Shown here piece after piece: positions 57,500 to 64,000 of a DNA stretch of 64,000 bases. The position numbers were made by a program, and so were the translations under genes. Source of the DNA: Eledone cirrhosa (taxonomy: Eukaryota); assembly GCA_964016885.1 (NCBI GenBank), contig OZ024753.1, positions 37,448,001 to 37,512,000 on the forward strand. The letters are read 5' to 3'. The notes beneath the pieces are model-generated. The model did not search any database, had not been told where the DNA came from, and was given only the letters and a program-made list of their open reading frames with translations. Numbering within the stretch: position 1 is the stretch's first letter; each line of letters begins with the position of its first letter.

Positions 57500-57635
57500 C
57501 ATAGATATATATATGATAAACTTAGGAAAATTATCAGAGAGGACAAGATTACGAACGAAGACAAGGCATAACGAAAAACACATATATATATGCTTGTGTA
57601 TCTAATTACATATGTATGTATGTATGCACGTATGT

Positions 57636-58031
57636 TTAGCCTTTGTCAAGGCAGAATTCTAGGAGAAAGAAAACTCTGATATAACACCTGCAACCCTGAT
57701 GGTATCCAATGATGTTGACTTGTTCTTCTTTTTGGTAAATATCATCTTGGTTAAGAGAGTGGGACTGGCTTTGTGCAGTGCCTTTGCTCACTATAAAAGC
57801 TTCACGGCACAGGCATTGCTTTATATCTGGAGATCTCTCTGCACTTGTTGTCACATGGTGCCATGGGCCCAGCACTATTTGTCAATAATTGTCGCAAGTG
57901 TAGTGTTTGTACCAAAGTTTTCAAGTCGTTGGCTGGACTAAAAAGTCACACTTGTTCAGCGCATCGGTAGGGGTTCTCCTACATGGATATAAAGTAGTGG
58001 CCGTACTCGAAAACGAGTTGGCAGTCACCAT
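57636..58031 (+). mobile_element. ~400-bp non-autonomous RTE-related element
   Basis: Reverse complement of 53079-53474, followed by a (GTAT)n tail. Confidence 0.7.
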
Positions 58032-58362
58032 GTACGTATGTATGTTTGTATGCATGTATGCATGCACGTATGTACGTATGTATGGAGGTATATGGGCCGC
58101 ACAACCAGTTGAAATTCCGTTTGACATCGTCAGTTATGAGAGAGGTCAACCTGCGTACATGATATTGTAGGAAAGTGTCAGAACCTGTTGAAACGAACAA
58201 ATGTCTCAAACCTATCATCATTGCTCAGTTGAGAAACAAAAGCAGTGTTGATTTTACTGCTGAAGCATCTCTACTAATATATACAGCTCACTGTCCAACC
58301 TACCTTATATTAACTGGTGATAATTAGTTGTGTCTATCTCTTGTGTGTATATGTGTGTATAT

Positions 58363-58393
<31 letters not shown>

Positions 58394-58422
58394 ATAAATA
58401 TATGTATATGTATATGTATATA

Positions 58423-58540
<118 letters not shown>

Positions 58541-58711
58541 TATATACATATTTATACATATATATGTATATATTTATATGCATATATATATATACATGTG
58601 TGTGTGTAACATATATATGTATGCATATATATATATGCATATATATATGTGTATATATATATGTGTGTGTGTGTGTATGTACATATGTATATATACATAT
58701 ATATATATATA

Positions 58712-58766
<55 letters not shown>

Positions 58767-58892
58767 ATATGTGTGTGTGTGTATGTATGTATATATATAT
58801 ATATGTGTGTGTGTGTATGTATGTATATATATATATGTGTGTGTGTGTGTATATATATGCATACATATATATATATGTACACATATTTATAC

Positions 58893-58943
<51 letters not shown>

Positions 58944-59706
58944 GGGGTGTCAGTGTAGGGGTATGTGTCTATGTGTGTATGTGTATGTGTACATGTATGT
59001 GTATGTGTGTGTGTATACATGTATGTGTCTGTACGTGTTTATGCGAGTAATAAGGTCAGTAGTGACACGAGTTAAGTGAAATAGCTATAATTTAGAACTG
59101 TTTATCGTCCGTCTTTTGCCCGGAGCTTATCTTCTTCTTCACAGCTTTCGTAATTTACCCCAAAGACATATTGCTAATTAGCACGCTAGAATGGAAGTAT
59201 AGGACTAGATAAACCAGTGTCAAAATTAAAACATATTTAGAATTGATATATTATTATATAGCATTTTGGGTAAACAGAAGGAAGATAATGTTGATTGAGC
59301 CGACCATAGTATGTTTAGAGTTGAGCTTTATTTGTTTAGTTAGTTTTTTTTTTATTGACTGTCGACCCTTTAGAGTGAAGAAAGACAAAGTTGATTCATA
59401 TCTATCAACAAATGAACTCAGAAAAGAAAATGGAGGATTTTCTTTTATGACAAAACCACCATCGACGATATATGCCAGAGTGGTGGGTAATAACAGTTGA
59501 AAAGAAAAAGAAAAGAAGGACTAAGCCAAATATTTGCATTGGTCTTTCGATTGGTGATGCTATCTGCTGGTCACATTTCTTCGCTGTTATTTCTAGCAAT
59601 TCGACCAAACATATAGAGGCAACTGCAGATAATATAGCACGGCTGGTCATTTGTTATATTCCTCCGAAGAAGAGATATTATCTCGAAATATCAGGATAGA
59701 TAAATA

Positions 59707-59895
59707 AATAATTGTTTCTACTTTAGGCACAAGGCCAGCAATTAAGCAGTGCATTACTGGTACTTTATTTTATCGACCCCGTAAGGATGAAAGGCAAAGT
59801 CAACCTCGGCGGGATTTGAACTCAGATCGTAAAGGGACGTAACTATGCTGGAAAGCATGGCGTCCAACCCTCTACCTTTGCTGCCAATTCACCGC
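59707..59895 (-). mobile_element. Young tRNA-derived SINE
   Basis: Full-length reverse copy. Confidence 0.85.
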
Positions 59896-59992
59896 TAGAT
59901 AAATAAATAATGTAACACATAACATCTTGTTTCGCCCTATTTTTTTTATTCATCCATATCGCATTGTTGTGGCCTTCAAACTTCACATATAT

Positions 59993-60112
<120 letters not shown>

Positions 60113-60154
60113 AATATATATATACATATATATATACATATATATATATACATT

Positions 60155-60208
<54 letters not shown>

Positions 60209-60308
60209 AAGTTGAGGTTGGTAATGGCACATGGAATATATAAGAGACAGAATACTTTTTTGTGAAAAAACATAATTTTATAAGGTAAGGAAATAATAAA
60301 GGGTATAA

Positions 60309-60356
60309 AAAATGACCGGTTTCGATGGGTCTGCAAAAGCCATCTTTTCAAATGTT
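60309..60356 (-). ncRNA. Hammerhead ribozyme, U3-A8 core variant (left arm)
   Basis: Reverse complement of 61685-61732. Confidence 0.6.
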
Positions 60357-60628
60357 GATTAATATTAAGAAAAATTAATAATACGAAGAGTTAAAATTTG
60401 AGACTTGAAAATTCAAGTATAAAATTCATTGTGGGATTTCATAGCAGTTTTCATCTAGGTAGCAACAACAGGTTGACTGCTGTGTCCCTTTCTGGTAGTG
60501 AATGAGAAGTTATTTGGGGTGTGGGTTATTTTATAAAGGTCAGATTTAGCAATAGCCAGCTGCTGGTCAGTGAGGGGGTGGAAGCAATATACACACACAT
60601 ACCTTCATCCACACATACATACACATAC

Positions 60629-60673
<45 letters not shown>

Positions 60674-60742
60674 CACACATACATACACACACACATACAT
60701 ATACATACACACATACACACACACACACATATATATACACAT

Positions 60743-60809
<67 letters not shown>

Positions 60810-60840
60810 TATATATACATACACATACATCCAGATACAC

Positions 60841-60939
<99 letters not shown>

Positions 60940-61684
60940 CCCACACATACATACACACACACATATATATATATACATACACACATACAAACATACACAC
61001 ACACACACACACACATATATATACACACACATACACACACATATATATACACACACACACACACACACATGCATATATATATATATATACACATACGCAT
61101 ACATCCAGATACCCACGTACATACACACACACACACACACACGCACACACAATACATACATCCACATGCACACACATACTCACACACACACACACAAACA
61201 TACATACACCCACACACAGAGAAATGGCCTTCAAATATATATATATATATATACATACAGACACATATATTTTTTCCATAATATAAGAAGTTGGGGCAGT
61301 GAAATTAAAATAATTCTGTGTGCGCATATATATATAGACATACGTGTGTGCACGTGCAGGGCTTAACATGGATGTGTTGGTCACACAAAGGCATGGTCTG
61401 TCAATGAATAAACCTGATTCTACAGAATTGGTCTCTGGTCTTTAATAGTAGTGATTCCGTGCGTATGTGTGTTTATATTTTATGACAATTCTATTGGGGT
61501 GATAACCCGTTTAGTTTTGGTTTAAATTTGTTAAGGAATAGATTTTCTTTGTTTATTCTTTGTTGTTGTGTGAACGAATCTGAGCACTGAAAACTGCTAT
61601 GAAATCCCACAATGAATTTTATACTTGAATTTTCAAGTCTCAAATTTTAACTCTTCGTATTATTAATTTTTCTTAATATTAATC

Positions 61685-61732
61685 AACATTTGAAAAGATG
61701 GCTTTTGCAGATCCATCGAAACCGGTCATTTT
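61685..61732 (+). ncRNA. Hammerhead ribozyme, U3-A8 core variant
   Basis: AACAT-TTGAAAA-GATGG-cttttgcagat-CCATC-GAAA-CCGG-TC-ATTTT. Confidence 0.62.
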
Positions 61733-61868
61733 TTATACCCTTTATTATTTCCTTACCTTATAAAATTATGTTTTTTCACAAAAAAGTATTCTGTCTCTTA
61801 TATATTCCATGTGCCATTACCAACCTCAATTTTCTCTATAACCTTCGTTTTGTGTAGAAAATTACACT

Positions 61869-61939
<71 letters not shown>

Positions 61940-62057
61940 TATATATATATATGAATGTGTATATTAATTAAATCAATTAGATAGAAATCGATATATTTTC
62001 TTGAAATCTAATAGTGCACATGTATTAAACAACAACATGGACACCACTAAACACCTA

Positions 62058-62440
62058 TTAGCCAATACTAACACAGTCATAACCAATACTAACACACCAC
62101 AATCAATACTAACACACCACAATCAATACTAACACACCACAACCAATACTAATACACCATAACCAATACTAACACAGTCACAATCAATACTAACACACCA
62201 CAACCAATACTAATACACCATAACCAATACTAACAACGTCACAATCAATACTAACACACCACAATCAATACTAACACACCACAACCAATACTAATACACC
62301 ATAACCAATACTAACAACGTCACAATCAATACTAACACACCACAATCAATACTAACACAATAATAACCAATACTAGTACACCATAACCAATGCTAATACA
62401 TCATAACCAATACTAACACACTATAATCAATACTAACAGA
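62058..62440. repeat. ~20-bp minisatellite AACCAATACTAACACACCAC, about 19 copies
   Basis: Directly visible. Confidence 0.9.
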
Positions 62441-62611
62441 TCAGCTTGTACTAACAGTTTAAAAACTACTACAACCATGCTTCAGCTGACACAGACGAAG
62501 GTTTGTTTCTTTGTCTTGTTTGAGATTTAAAAGCGAACGAGAGTGTAAACCCCAACGGTCCCATAACTATGGCTATAGGTGGCGCCTTAGTGTCATGGTG
62601 TCTGATGTAGA

Positions 62612-62646
<35 letters not shown>

Positions 62647-62668
62647 ATAGTAGTAGTAGTAGTAGTAA

Positions 62669-62719
<51 letters not shown>

Positions 62720-62787
62720 AAGAAGAAGAAGAAGAAGAAGAAGAAGAAGAAGAAGAAGAAGAAGAACAACAACAACAACAACAAAAA
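62612..62787. repeat. Compound trinucleotide (TAG)n-(AAG)n-(AAC)n
   Basis: Directly visible. Confidence 0.95.
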
Positions 62788-63013
62788 CAATAACTAATGA
62801 ACACAAAATCTTTGAGGGTGTCTATGTTTTACACTATGTTTTCTTTGGATCATTAGAATTGATTAATTAGTAATTGGTGACATGTGACGGCAACACGGAA
62901 CATGAGAACTGTGATGTCTTTAATAGAAATATATATATTTCAATAGTTCAAACACAGCTAAGGCTGACCGAAGTGCCGATAAAACAAGAACCAGTGATAT
63001 CTGGGGGGAGATG

Positions 63014-63043
<30 letters not shown>

Positions 63044-63044
<1 letters not shown>

Positions 63045-63253
63045 ACGAAGGAAATGTGGTAAGGAACCAGGTGGACCATAACGCACCAAAGTACTCAATA
63101 CTTAGGGTAGTAGAGTGGGTAATAGGAACGAGTAGGAACCCGACGGCTGAGCTCAAGCCGTTTCGACGGCTAATTCCGGACTTAGCCGTCGAAGACTCTG
63201 GAATTAGTCGTCGAAACGGGTTGAGCTCAGCCGTCGGGGTCCTACTCGTTCCT
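63044..63253 (-). mobile_element. Fold-back PLE terminal element, family A
   Basis: Reverse copy; the junction retains GAAGACTCTGGAATTAGTCGTCGAAAC. Confidence 0.8.
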
Positions 63254-63289
63254 ATATATATATATATAGGAACCTATAATATATATATA

Positions 63290-63667
<378 letters not shown>

Positions 63668-64000
63668 TATGTATGTATATAGGTAAATTCCAGAGAAAGG
63701 GATCGAGAGATAACCTTAGTTAAATAAGGTACTCAATACGTTTGTAAATATAAGCATCTATATTTTGAATAGACTTATATAGGGTTAGAACTCGGCTGTG
63801 TCACGACCTGGAGATAGATGGGCTTCGCCATGTTTAAAATTCCTTAGAATGTCGGTCGCTACGACGCTCCTACGATTCCATCAGGTGTTATGAGTCCATA
63901 TATACGATAGCAAAGTGAAACTTAAGCATGTATAATACATGTTTTTCCACAGAGGCAGATGCTGATAATTTGTCCTCCTGGTATGTTTTTTGTACTCTTA

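Larger units (their letters stand above)
60202..61873. mobile_element. Fold-back Penelope-like element, family G (~250-bp arms, long arm reaching the ORF end)
   Basis: 60202-60453 is the reverse complement of 61588-61840, with tail 61841-61873. Minus 61589-61491 encodes QCSDSFTQQQRINKENLFLNKFKPKLNGLSPQ*, the R..E..F(I/L).K.KP.LN end of a GIY-YIG domain. Confidence 0.8.

Overview
Eukaryotic, very AT-rich, microsatellite-saturated non-coding DNA. The repeat repertoire suggests an octopus or other coleoid cephalopod, but this is an inference. I found no convincing host exon, and almost all ORFs in the supplied track are translations of (TA)n/(CA)n/(GT)n repeats. The recognisable content is transposon-derived: a Penelope-like (PLE) RT remnant (1-348), a ~4.1 kb fold-back PLE with a GIY-YIG endonuclease on both arms (20919-24998), a second fold-back PLE (60202-61873), RTE and HERO-like LINE 3' ends, a dead mariner, several MITEs and about 20 tRNA-derived SINEs. 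The most striking signal is a recurring architecture. About ten unrelated short sequence families (more than 25 copies) sit inside (TA)n tracts as fold-back insertions: an inverted terminal-repeat end, a junction, then the terminal-repeat end plus a unique tail. Most of these families carry type I hammerhead ribozymes that can be folded by eye. These include covarying copies and non-canonical U3-A8 core variants. In the short copies the inversion/truncation junction repeatedly falls inside the ribozyme.
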